Positions 1 to 12,100 of a stretch of 64,000 nucleotides of DNA are shown one piece after another. Location of the stretch: positions 35,776,001 through 35,840,000 of the forward strand of contig CM052816.1 in assembly GCA_028534125.1 (NCBI GenBank), in the 5' to 3' direction. The notes below the pieces were generated by a model. That model was not told the DNA's origin. It searched no databases and saw only the letters and a list, made by a program, of their open reading frames with translations. The position numbers and the translations under genes were made by a program. This stretch comes from Lama glama (lineage: Eukaryota). Each line of letters starts with the position of its first letter. The first letter of the stretch is position 1.

Positions 1-1269
1 TTTTAAAGGAAATTAGAAACCATGAGGTAAAGTTAGATCTCTTGGTGAACTAAAGACTAGTCAGAAAAGGGAAGGACTTGCTGGATTTGTGAGGCAGTGT
101 TTGATGGTGGGATTCATCCTCACGTCCTTGTTGAGTGTTGCTGATGGGAGTATGAACTAAATACTTTTTCCAGAAATGATGTTTCAGTTTGCATCTTGGG
201 AGTACTATTCAATTAAGCGCTATATGATTAACCTATTTTTTGAACAGACTCAAATAAGTAAACTAAAGCTCAAAGACAAAATAATTCTGTCCCCATTATG
301 TTTACTTTGGGAACCAAATTTGATGTTTCATTATAGATGTTCAGTGCCAGTGATTCTGCTCCTTAGAGGATAATGCATGGTAAATTTGAAAACTTTTCAG
401 ATACAACCAAGCAAATCAGGAAAGAGGCCAGGAGAAAGTACATAGTATTTAATTTGGACAAATGAAAGATGATAATGACTAGGGAAAGCTAATATAAACT
501 TTGTCTACTTCCAACTTAATTCTTACACACACAAACTTAATTCACACACATCCCTATGGAAAGATCTTAGGAAAAACTGTCAACTAATCAGTACATTTTT
601 TCCTAGAAACCTAAATCACAGATGCCAAGAAAATAAGATGAAAACGTAAGTCAATCTGGCATCAATAGTAATGCTTGTTTTTGCCCGTTCACTTGGTGTC
701 TTTTTGCCCCTTTAAAGAAATAAAGCAAAAACTATATAAGAATAGTGAAATATGCTCTTTAAAATTTTTCTCCATTAACTCTAGGAGAAGGTAGCAAGAA
801 CCCCAAAACAAACATTTGCTGCTTCTTTTAGTCAATAGGCTACTTGTAAGGTGATACTGGAGAGGAGAAAGCTCCCGAAAAGCCTTTGAAAACCACACAA
901 TGGAATCTCCAGCCTAAATTTCTCTCCTCCCCCTTCCTCATCTCTCTTCTCACTTGCTGAATTTGATTTATTTCTCCCTTGATGGTTCTTTGGACAGAGC
1001 AACATACTGCTTTCCACATTCCTGTTGCAAATTTGTTTTCCTTCATTTTAAAAATCAGGCTGGGAGGACTGGAGCGCGTGTCTGTGTGAGTTGCTGTTAC
1101 ATCCAGGGGAGCCGAGGGGAAGGGAGCTGGCGTGGTATATGAATTACACATGGCGAGAGTACTTAGCATGGACTGTCTTGAAGCAGATGTGTTTGATATA
1201 TTCAAACACGTGCATATTCAAACATCATGAGAGGTGTTAGGGAAGCTGATCAGTTCTCTCCGTACTTCC

Positions 1270-1365
1270 TGCCCAGTGTCAGAACAAAGGATCACTTGAT
1301 GAAATTGAAGGGCAGAGATTTATGAGGGGAGGGGATACAAAATGAAAGGAAATTCCACTTCACAT
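1270..1365 (+). mobile_element. Ancient CR1-type LINE ORF2 C-terminal relic
   Basis: agaacaaaggatcacttgatgaaattgaagggcaga reads RTKDHLMKLKG, resembling the RTRGHxxKL motif near the CR1 ORF2 C-terminus. It is followed by aaaggaaattccacttcaca (RKFHFT, like RKxFFT). Confidence 0.5.
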
Positions 1366-1769
1366 TACATCCATTCACCCTTCTGAATCTGCTTCCATGG
1401 AAATCCCTGCTTTAATACTGTGGTTAGATTTTAATAAGGTTAATTTTCTCACTGATTGTACCACATGTACAAGGTTTAGCTGAGATTATGACAAAAATAA
1501 GAAAATCTCTTGCTTTGGGATGTAAACCATCCTTGGAATGATTAACTTGATTCTGTGCATAGTGTTGGCAGAGTTATTTGAGAGAAAGTTTGGATTTATT
1601 TCCCCTCTCAGAAGCAGTGCTTTTGGATCATAATTTTGCTGGATGAACCTTTTTGCTTTACAAAATCTTGTTCCTGACAACGTGAAATCCATTTTGTTGA
1701 GACTGCTTCATATTGGTGTTAGCTGTCATTTTCTAAAGCATTAGAGCTAAGCCCCACTTTAAAAATGTA

Positions 1770-2245
1770 TACTTTTTTCCATTATAAAAGTAATATATGC
1801 TCATTTAAGAAAATACAGAAAATTAAGGGAAGAAGAGAAAAACTGATATCATCCAGACGGTGCAACTGTTAACTTTTCAGTGAATTTCCCCCTAATCCTG
1901 TATTTCCTATACAAAGGATTTTTTTTGCTTATGAGCTAGCTGATTTGTATAATATATAATCATGCTTATTTAGAATTTTACATCTTATCTTTCCGACAAC
2001 ACTTTAGCATAAGTATTTTCTGTGTTATTATTGCATAGCCTTTGTAATCATTGCAATGGTTGTATAACATTTCACTGAGTTCATAAACTGTGGTTTACTT
2101 AACCATTCCACTATTATTGAGTATTTAACTTGTTTTCTTTCTCTCTCTTTTTTTTTTTTTTTTTTTTGCTATTGTTTAGAATTGTTTCTTTGGAATAAAT
2201 TCCTGCAAGTGGTGTTACCAAGTCAAAGAACATGAATATTTTAAA
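1770..2245 (-). mobile_element. Old L1 (L1ME-like) 3' fragment with internal poly-T tract (2148-2167)
   Basis: Resembles antisense L1ME 3' UTR (ttttttccattataaaagtaatatatgctcatt...ttacttaaccattccactattattgagtattta...aattcctgcaagtgg). Confidence 0.6.
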
Positions 2246-3269
2246 AGATCTCACTAATTTGAAATGCAAATAACTAGGAGAAATAGATTGATAGGTTTGT
2301 TTGATTCCATGTTTCGATATTCAAATAATGAGGCACCGCTTTAGGGAGGAGAAGAGCAAAGACATCAATTGTGAGCCATTTTGAGGAAACTGATGTCTGC
2401 CTCATGGTAAAGATGGGACCTGAGGTCTCCCTTGTGTACCGGTGCTTTTTGTGGTGCCCAGACTGTGCCAAGTGGCCATCATTTTTATGGGCCATCAGCT
2501 TCCAAACTGGTTTGTTGATTGGTTTGTCATTTTTACAAAGCACATTCTCAAATTCCCCTTGTGGAAAACATCTACAATTGCTGCCCTGAAGCTTCTTGAT
2601 GGTATTTTTCTTCCACTACTTATGTAAAATTGAATTTGCTTTCTTTTGCCTCTTAGGTGACAGTAAACTCACCCGGCACACTCAAGGGCAAGTACGCTAA
2701 TGCAAACAAAGGCAGTTTGGCTGGGTTTCAGAAAGAGTATTTTAGAATGGGAGAAAAGGTTTTAGGCCATCTTAGGTGGATGCTTTTAAAAGGATAATTA
2801 GACTGTTTTCAGATCTCTTACCCACAGTCTTGGCCTCAGTGCTCCCATCACAGAAAGGAGTGTTCCACCAGGGAGGCAGCGGGCTGCTCTGTGGCAGAGG
2901 GTACCATCCCAACCCTGCAGCCCTGGTTGTCCCCTCATATTACCACAGTAGCAGAACTAGAAGATCAAAATACCACTTTCTGTCTATGGCAAGAGTGGGA
3001 CTGTCCTCATTCTACCCTTGCCCCAGGCCCTGCCCATCTTTTGCCCTGGATATGCTTATACTTGTGCAGTGATGTCAAGTCAGTGGCTGTGCCAGCCAGC
3101 TGTGTCACGTGGGCTTCCTGCTGGGAAAGAGATGGGCAGGGAGAGGTCTATTCCAGAGCTTAGAGAAGCCGGGGCTTGCAGGTAAAGTTAAAGCAATGCT
3201 TTTCTTCAACAAGGAGGTTTTTATGGAAGGAAAATAAGTCTGTACTCTAAGGCAACCTATAAGCAAGTT

Positions 3270-3565
3270 TAGTTCATCTAGTGCTGTTAAATTTTTTTTT
3301 TAATAAATTGCTAACCCTTACAAGTTGGGCAAATTCACATGAGAATTTAGGTCTTATTTTTCATTAAAAAATCAAAAGGGTAAGACTAGGCTGCATTTCC
3401 ATCAAGTACTAGTCTGAGTGGCAACTTGACCCCCAAACCCTGAGACATTCTTTACCGTTTACCATGATTCCCATCTTTTGCTGTTCATTTCTCACGCCAT
3501 CCCACTTCAGTCACTCAGTTTCCTCTCCTGACCAAGTAGACACCTGAATTTACAAAAGCATGCGT
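3270..3565 (+). mobile_element. MER102-like hAT-Charlie DNA transposon relic
   Basis: Degenerate match to the MER102 body (aaattgctaac...aaattcacatgagaatttagg...ggctgcatttcc...cacttcagtcactcagtt...cacctgaatttaca). Confidence 0.55.
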
Positions 3566-4094
3566 GGGGAGAATTGTGGGTGCAGTATCCTGTATCAAGT
3601 GTAACAAGACCTTGCCTTTCTCAGGGATGCCACGGTCTTTGTTAGGGGCCACTGTCGCTGGATACTCTAACTCCTTTGACCTTAACGATGTTCTCCAGAG
3701 CTGTTCTTACTTATCTGTACAAATCCTCAGTTGTTCACCTGCACAATCACATAAATAATCCAGTTGACATTAACAAGAGGCTTGACCTCACATCATGTTA
3801 AAAGTACAGCATGGGAACTTTCCCTTTTTAATTAATTAACACTCTGTGGGATGTTTTGCTCAATGCCTTAGTGTGATGCTAATTTAGAAAGACAGTATAG
3901 CCCAGTCGCTAAAAACTGAGGTCTATGAGAAAGTGTTGACCCTGGTTACTTAACCCTAGGAAGTAAAATTGAGGTCTACCATGGCAAAGAGTGTTCCTTT
4001 CCATCACCAGATTTTGCAGTGTATTGATTTTTCTGCATCATATAAAAGTATAATTTTCATTTACAAAAAGCAAATGGTCATTTTTAAAAGCACA

Positions 4095-4330
4095 TGGGAG
4101 AAAGTATTTAACTTTGAATAAAAAATCAGAGTACAATATTGTATGTACAGCAGGATCCCAATTTTATAAAAATGTTATTTTATGTGCACCTAACAAGTCT
4201 GAAAGGGAATAGTTCACAATGTTAATTGTGCCTCCAGGTGAAATACAAGTAAATTGTCTTCCTTAAAGTATATTTTGTTTATTACCTTTGAGTCAGGTCT
4301 ATTTTATAGAAGAATATTTTCTATGAACCC
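4095..4330 (+). mobile_element. Old L1 (L1ME-like) 3' UTR fragment
   Basis: aaaaaatcagagtacaatattgtatgtacagcaggatcccaattttataaaa...aagtctgaaagg...aatgttaattgtg is typical of L1ME 3' ends. Confidence 0.45.
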
Positions 4331-7300
4331 TTAGAGTTAAACAATTTGAAATAGCATTCTAAAATCTTTCTGTAAAAAGTTATCTGTTGTTAGTATATGG
4401 GACTATGTTCTATATTAATGAAATTCAATGTTCATATTAAATAATTAAATATATCTATTTGTATCTCTCCTTATGAAAGACATCATACTTCCTTCCTTAT
4501 CTCCAGGACTGATAGGAGACCAGCCCATTTCACAGACAACACAGGAAATACCAGGAAACAGGGACAAGACAGAGTGACAGTGTATCTGGTACCTATTAGT
4601 CTGTGATAGTTTTCAGCTAAATTGTAATCCTACTTCACTCTTTCCCTTCTGTGTTTCAAGGAAGAGGGATGCATAAAAGTGGCTAAAGTTGTTGAATGTA
4701 TGTAATTCATTCATTGTTATGGAAGGTGAACTGTCTCTTGTCTTCTCACGTTGCTTGTGTCATAAGACTAAGCATTTCTAACAATATAGTAAGAAACTCA
4801 GATGCAGATTGTGACAAGAATATTACCAGAATATGGACAGTCTTCTGTAGAACACTTTTATGTTTTGTTTTATGAGAGAAAAAAAAAGCATTGCACTAAT
4901 AAATTGAAGTCTTAGTAATAGATATTAAATATTATTTATTAATAGAAAAACCAGCTCTGAGATTTAAAAAAATAAACATCAGTTTTAACAATATCCACTG
5001 CAACAATTCAGTTTGATATTAATGGTCGAGATCTCAAAGGGGAGAGTGTTCAGAACCTTTCACTGATTTATTTATTTTACCAAGAAACAGCACTGCATTG
5101 GATCAAAGTTAAGCTAATTACCAGAATGTATTTAGACATCCCTAAACAGAAGCTAGGATCTTTATAAACAGCTTTGGCACTCTTGTCTGGAGATGAAACA
5201 GGAATATACCATTTAGGAGACCAAGTAAATTATTCTCACCAAATCACTGAGCAAGTTTGAAATGACTTTACAGAAAAGTTTCTCCCTCAGGTACCAATTG
5301 TGTCCTGGTACCCATAGCACTCTATGCGCCTGATCAGCCCTCTGGGTTCTCTTCTCGGCTTCATCTCTTTCTCAGCACCTACTTCAAAAGCAGATGATAA
5401 AGGCCATTCTCCCAGGCATATTTTCTAGCTGCAACTATTAGCATTTTCTTCTCATTCTTTTTTTGCAATTAAAAAAAAAAAGTAGAACTCTTTTCCAAAG
5501 TCGTTGCATTCCTTTCGACTGCAGATGGGGCCACCTGCAAGTCATTCTGCTCAGTCTCCATCTCCACGGAGAGGAAAAAAGGCAGGCATTGTGTTTTCTG
5601 CTCCTCCACCAACTTCTCAGCCTTGTGTCTCTAGAACACCCCAGAAACACAATTGTCACATTTTAAGCAAGTGAGTGGAAAGTGAGAATTAGAAATTTCC
5701 AATCTTTTTTTTTTTTTCCTAATCAAGGCACATTCTGTTTTGCCAGTTCCCTTCTGCTGGAAAAGGTGTTTGGGTCTGACAAGTGTCTCTCCCTTTGTGT
5801 CAGGGAGGCCCAGGGTGACATAAAGACAGAGATAGACCAGAGCTGACTTGTTCCTTCGTTAATTCAATGACCATGAAAAGTAAACTTTTCTGACACGGTT
5901 TTGTGGTTCACTGCTTTTATTTCCCCGGTCCTTTCTGAGCACAGAACAACTTTTAACTTTACCTCCATAATTAGCCAGCCTCAGACAGCTGAAATTTAAG
6001 TCCCTCGGAGAGGTGGTAAAAAACATTTTGAAGAGCTATGACCAAACCATTACCCTACACCACATTTTTGGAAGCTTCTGAAACATCTTCTTTTTCTTTA
6101 AAAATTCTGTATCTTTGAATTTGAAGAAATCAGAACCTAGGCAGAGTATTAAGTACTTAATTCTCGATAGATGCTTCCTAATTTGATCAGGCCAACTTGT
6201 CCATAATCCAGCCTGCAGAGAAAAATGAGCCAGCCACCTGATCCATTTACTGTACCTGTTAACAATCTAATTCCTAGAACTTTCAATACTGTACCTTAAG
6301 GATCTACTGCTCTCAGGCAAAATGCCAGTCATCCTATTAAAAATCTCGAAAAATAGATCGGTGATTAAGACAAAAACCAAACTCTACATTAGGGACTAGC
6401 ACCTGACTTTCCACTTGTCCCCCAGGTGAAGACTGGCTTCTCATGCAATCCATCACCTGTACCTTAAATGAACTGGTGTAACAATGGTGAATTTCAGAAT
6501 CACCAGCAAAGCCAACTTTGGAAAGAACTTCTAGAGTAATCAACTCACATGGATTTCGCCATTACTCCATGGTCTGTCTCAAAAGCTCATCTCCTGGGTC
6601 TCTTTCCGTAAGCCACTCAGCACCCCTGGGCTCCCTGTCAATCCTTCATCTGGTTCTGTCACCCTCTGCTCTAAACTTACTGCTTCTCCCTCCTAATTGC
6701 TGCTGAGCCCTCAGCCTCCCTGCCCTCTCCTGAGACAGAGCCAAGTTTCCTGCTCCTCTCTTGGTACAAACTGCAAATCTAAGACACTAACCCTAATTCA
6801 GGTTCTAGGAGAGCGTCTGAGAGTATCTGTTGATCTTCTGTGTCTTCAGGAGTCTCCAAGAGATGATACCCTGTCTTTACCTAAATCCTAGAAATGAATC
6901 TAATAGTAGAGATTTCTTACCAGCCCAATCACAAGAAGAAGGTGGCTGCCAGTTTCTCCCACGTTGTGGGCTGGCCCTGGTCATAAGTATATGTGTGGGG
7001 AATTGAATTGAAGTTAGTAAACCTAGTATTTACTCTGACCTAAAATTATTTACTTGGAGGTCTTGTTGATGCTTCTTTTCTATCATGCTTTATAAATACA
7101 ATTCTCTAAACTTATACTTTTCCTTTTTCAGCATCAAGAGATATTCTCAACTGCACTCTCACTCCACACAGGTGTGTCACGATCAGTTGTGAGATGTCAC
7201 AAGAAATTTGTTACCAGTAATCGTTTTTCTGAAGCCTGCGAAGTATTTGCTTTCTTTTTCTAAGAAGAGAGTTTTCCAGGCTATAGCAACCATCTCACAG

Positions 7301-7474
7301 TCTTGTTCCAGCTAGAATAACCCTGACAGCACCCTTGAGAGTGTGTTGCACATGTGAAAGTCATCTACCGTAGATGATAAGGAAGAAAAAAAAAGGCTGA
7401 CAAACTCCATGCTACATCATTGGACCCAGTAACTGAATAAAAGGGAGATTATTGGAGCATTATTCCAATGGACT

Positions 7475-7815
7475 CCTATTCAGTTAAACCATATGCCTAG
7501 AAGAACAAGGTAGATAATTCACAGGAAGGAATAGGGCACCAGGGTGACTCCATGACCTAGAGAACACGTCAGATCAGAAAGCACAGCAGTTCCTCTGCTA
7601 TGGCTGAGTGCTGTCACAAGGGAAAGCGAGCCCAGTGTTGCCAGCACTCCTAATTTTTCCAAAGAAGCCAGAAATGCAGATTTTAATGTGGAATCTCTCT
7701 GTTTGTAAACATAAGAATGGATATGAAACATAAAACCTAATTCATAACTTGCTAAACTCTATTTGTGCCAACTGATACACAGCCAGCCAGACTGGCCACA
7801 GTTTGCAATCTCTGG
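7475..7815 (-). mobile_element. MER102-like hAT-Charlie DNA transposon
   Basis: gcccagtgttgccagcactcctaatttttccaaagaagccagaaatgcagattttaatgtggaatctctc...cagtttgcaatctctg is the reverse complement of the MER102 core and terminus. Confidence 0.75.
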
Positions 7816-9046
7816 ATTAAACAAAATATTAACAAGCAAGACTCAGTTGGACTCTTTAGCATTCGAAGATGAGTGAGGCCCAGTCCCTGACTGCAGGGGA
7901 CTGATAAGGAAGAGCAGGAAAGCACCAGACTTGGGTAACATGAGGCAATAAAGTCAGCTTCCTTAGGAGAAGCACAAAGGCCGTGTAGCCAGAAAGCAGG
8001 GCAAACAGAGTCTGGAGAGCTCGGGTCTTACCCCAGTGTTTGACCACATCTTAGTTGGCCTTCTGACAGGGGCCGAGAAAAGTCTGACACCTGAGGCCTC
8101 CCACAGCGGGAAACAGCTTCCAGTGACCCACCTCCACTCGGTATTCGAGGACAGACACAGGACTTCTTAGTCAGGGCCCCCATTAGCCTATTAGGTGACT
8201 TGTGGACACAGCCTCACACGCGCAGGGGTTACAGTGGATGACATGTTTACACACAGTAGGAAAGAAAGCTGCTTCCTCTAGGCAGTTAAAACCCCGTGAC
8301 ATAGGATTTCAGCTGGGCCAGCCGATTATGGGCTGGATTTCATCCCCCAGCCATGTCCTTGGCCTGGCATCCCTTAGCAGGGCACATTTACCAAGTGGCA
8401 CAGTTTCTTACCAGCTTAGGTGTGCACGTCCAGATGGGCTTTTTTTTGAACCTGGTAAAGCGTACCCTATGTTGAACGTTATTTCCCTGCAGCTTTCCTA
8501 CCTGCCGTGTGGATGGAAATCAGGGGCCCTTGGGATGTGGAGCTATTTAAAAATAAATGTGGCATATGTAACCATAGCAAGCGATTATATCAATTCTAAA
8601 TGGACTTTGCCCTAAGAAAAATAAAAAAAGCCAAGCTTTGGGGTTTTATTTCATTTACCAGAACCCAAGTGAATTGAGCATGATTGAAGTGCCTGTGTTT
8701 GGCTGGGCTCCTCTGTGTAATGCTGGCTTGTTGCACTGGTTTGAGTGGACCCAGCTGTAAAACTAAGAGGCCCCTCTGGACACAATCTCTTCCCAGATGC
8801 CAAAAATACCTCCTCTTTGAGAAGCAGGAGGAATAATTCTGCTCCAACAATAGGACATTCTTTCTTCTTGAAGGTTTTATTTTTTCAGGGACTAGGACTG
8901 GAGCAGGAGGTTATTCTCCGTCACAAGGCAATGCCTAGAGCAGGGATAGAGTCCTAACCTAGTTAGGAGACTGGGAATTTGATCCAGCATCGCAAAGAGA
9001 AAATTGCTCTGTGTTTCTCTTTAGACACAGCACCCTTGTCCTTATG

Positions 9047-9111
9047 GCACATGTACTGTGCTCGCGCGCATGCGTGTGTACATGCACACATACACACTCA
9101 CACATGCATGT
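9047..9111. repeat. Alternating purine-pyrimidine tract (CG/TG/CA)
   Basis: gcacatgtactgtgctcgcgcgcatgcgtgtgtacatgcacacatacacactcacacatgcatgt, seen directly. Confidence 0.85.
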
Positions 9112-12100
9112 TTGTCAGTGTTGCCAGTTGGGGAAGAGAATCACTGAGATTCTTGAAACCCAACTTTGTTTTTATTTCTGAAGACATTTCACTCACAGAG
9201 TTCCTTCAAAAGCTCCAGTGCTGAAATGTTTCACCACGCCGTATTCTAGCAACGTGGATTATGCTGCAGGAGACGTGTACCTTCTCTCCCTATGCACTGC
9301 TTTGCAGATTGTTGTGTAGCCATAACCTCTTACAGAAACCTTACCCCCTCCTTTGTTTCTCTCTCAGGGTGTACTCAGCAGTTCTCCCACACAACCGTGT
9401 AGAACGAATGTCTCCCAGTTTTATTTTCGCTCACCACTTAGCCTGAAATGTTTGCTTCTTGATTCAATTTGAACAACTGTGAGAGTTCAGATTGAAACAA
9501 AACAAAAAAAGCATTACCTCTCTGTCTGATGTTGACTTTCAAATTGGAGAGAGGACTCCTGGGATTAAACAGAAGATGTGTGGTATCTTCTTGTAAGGAT
9601 CATTTTTTTCCTCTTTCTTTTTAATAGAAAATTTCTAACTGAGACAAAGAGGCCAGGAGAGTCTGTTGAAAAATCAGAACACCTCATGTGGCTATTTCAA
9701 TGGAAAATAAAAAAAGAAACGCAAATCTTGTATAGCACCTCAGTCCCCATGCAGGAACCATGAATTTACAGAGTTAGGAGTGGTAATTCACTTCACTGGG
9801 GATCTAAAGTAATTAAATGGTGTTGCAAAACCAAACTCAGAATGGGTTTAAACCATCACTAGGGATGTGCATCCCTTCCTTGGGAAGGAAATGCAAATAT
9901 GCATTCTGATGGCAAATAAGAAAGCTCTCCATTTGATTCTCAACTTCTCTGTAGCATCTGCTTCTTTCTGTCTGTCATATTTAAGCTTATCTTCCTTATT
10001 CTAGCAATAAGGAAGCAGTGTTATAGCTTGTTATGTCAAAGTTGTAAAGAAAGCAGGTAGCTAGCTGAAGAAAGCAAATCGTTATTTTTCTTAATTATTT
10101 CAGAAATGTCATCTCCGATACCATCCAGTCTTTTGTAACTAGGAGGAGAAAATTAAATAACCACCCATTTCCCTAGAACGGCTTTAAAAAGTTTGCAGTC
10201 AATTTTTTCGGATGGCCATGAAACAATTCAATGATATGGGTAAGCTTGCAGGATGATAGGAGAGCCATTACATGTAATCAGGAAAAAAATATTATGGTGT
10301 GTACAGGCAGCCTGTTTCTCAGAGTTCAGTTAGTTTAGGTTAAGAAATGTTTTCTCTCAGGAAATGCCTTTAAACCAGGGCTACATTTTATTTAATGATG
10401 TGGAAAAATTCCACAAAATATCCTTATGAGAAATGTATTTAATTTTCTCTTTTTAAGCAAGTCAGCAAGTAAAGTGAGCTGCATATTGCTCACATTACTA
10501 CCACCGCCTGGCAGAACACGTTGAAATATGCCCGGTCATGCACATTCGGAGGTAATGTTAGTTGGGAGCTCTTGGTATGGTTGCTTAGCACTTTCCCGAA
10601 ACTGATTGACTTCAGCTGCTGAAAATTTCTGCCGGGATATTGACAGATGTTGAAACCCAGAGTAAACTCCCCTTGCCTTTTTTGTCTTGAAGTACAAAGG
10701 AATAAACAGAAGTGCATCTTGGCATCGTTAAACCAGAGGCTCAGCTTCTCTTGGCTTTAATGACTACTTGGAAGAAAGAGCATTTATGCCCTGGTCTAAA
10801 AGAACAGCTATCAGCCTTGGTGTCATCAGGGTGTGCTGGGGGAGGTGGGGTAAAAAAAGCTCAGGAAATATGCCTGCACTCCCAGTGTGCACTTTCCTTC
10901 CCTCCCACTCTGCTGACTATCCTAACTCGATTGCTCTTGTTCAGTGTTTAATCACACACAGGTCACACTCTGTCTCTCCCTGGGTCATTTGGTTTCACTC
11001 TCTGACCTTTGGTGGAGATGGGTTTGGTCTACTCTGCTCTCCGAAGACTGCAAGGGAGTAATGACATTCTCAGAATATGTGGGATTCAGTTATGAAAACC
11101 ACTGGGCTGACAGTGATAAAACGGCACGCTAAATTATCTTTCTCCCTGTATTTACAACTTGCAAACTCTAATTTTGACTACAGGTAAAAAGTAAACTGCA
11201 AAGATAGGTTGATTTTTGATAGAGGTAAATGTGATAGAAAATTCTTGTGCAAAATGAAATGTATCTGATTTATTGAAGATTTCCTCCCTTATTTGACCTT
11301 CACTCTGGCTTCCAGCTCAAGGCTACTTGCTTGAACACTACAAAGAGAATGTGTGTTTTTTTAAAAGTCAGATATGCAAAGGAAGAATTGTATTGGCAGG
11401 GCTGCTTAGGAATTTTAATTCTATTAAAGCTGTCACAGAATAGTGGTTTTTTTTTTTAAAATAGGATCAGCTTCTACAAATTTTAAGTATGTACATGGAG
11501 ACTCAAGCCCATACATGATCAGCAAATTAATAGGAAATCTATGCACTAACAAGGGTATGAGCACAGTGAAATGCTAGTCTTTGACCCTGGTAAAGACATT
11601 AATCGTAATTATTTACTTTTCCTCCAAGGTTAATTGTTGAGAGTTTTCCATGTGCTAATAGCTATTAAGGAGAATGTCAGCTATCAGTTAAAATGAAGTA
11701 TTGTTGCCTCATAGGAAGAGCTTCTGCCCTCCAGACTGTTGACTGACATTAGGCCACGGGTAAACTTTGGGGTATAAGACTGGTGCAGACAGTCCCTTGA
11801 AGCCAAGTGTCTGACTTTATCTTAATCTAATGGGAACAAAAAGGAACCAGTGTCCTGCAACACAGTATATCATCTCTTGGACCCGGAGACAGATGGTATC
11901 TCATGCATAATAAAGGTTATTTTACACAGAGCTTTTAGTTCCCTGGGAAGCATGCTAGTCTTCCTGACTAAGGACCAAGAGCTTCTCTTAAAGAAAAACC
12001 TTGCAAGAGATATAAAAATCTTCCCATAAATGATCAAATATTTGGAGCCCTCACCAGGTGTCCTGTTTCATTAGTAGCAAAATAAGTCGGCCTTTGGCCC

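Noticed and set aside
513..550. Short direct repeat aacttaattc...acacac, twice
   Set aside because: An ordinary local slippage duplication.
840..1205. 121-aa minus-strand ORF
   Set aside because: Non-ATG start and no recognisable homology; it overlaps a probable regulatory element.
2866..2881. CTCF-like ccaccagggaggcagc
   Set aside because: It needs a gap or two core mismatches to fit the motif.
7131..7170. Possible 40-nt + strand micro-exon (strong acceptor, CAG|gtgtgt donor)
   Set aside because: Weak donor and no recognisable peptide. Similar isolated acceptor-like sites (4659, 37739, 48844) are expected by chance in T-rich DNA.
8202..8615. 137-aa plus-strand ORF
   Set aside because: GTG start, no recognisable domain and no supporting exon structure.
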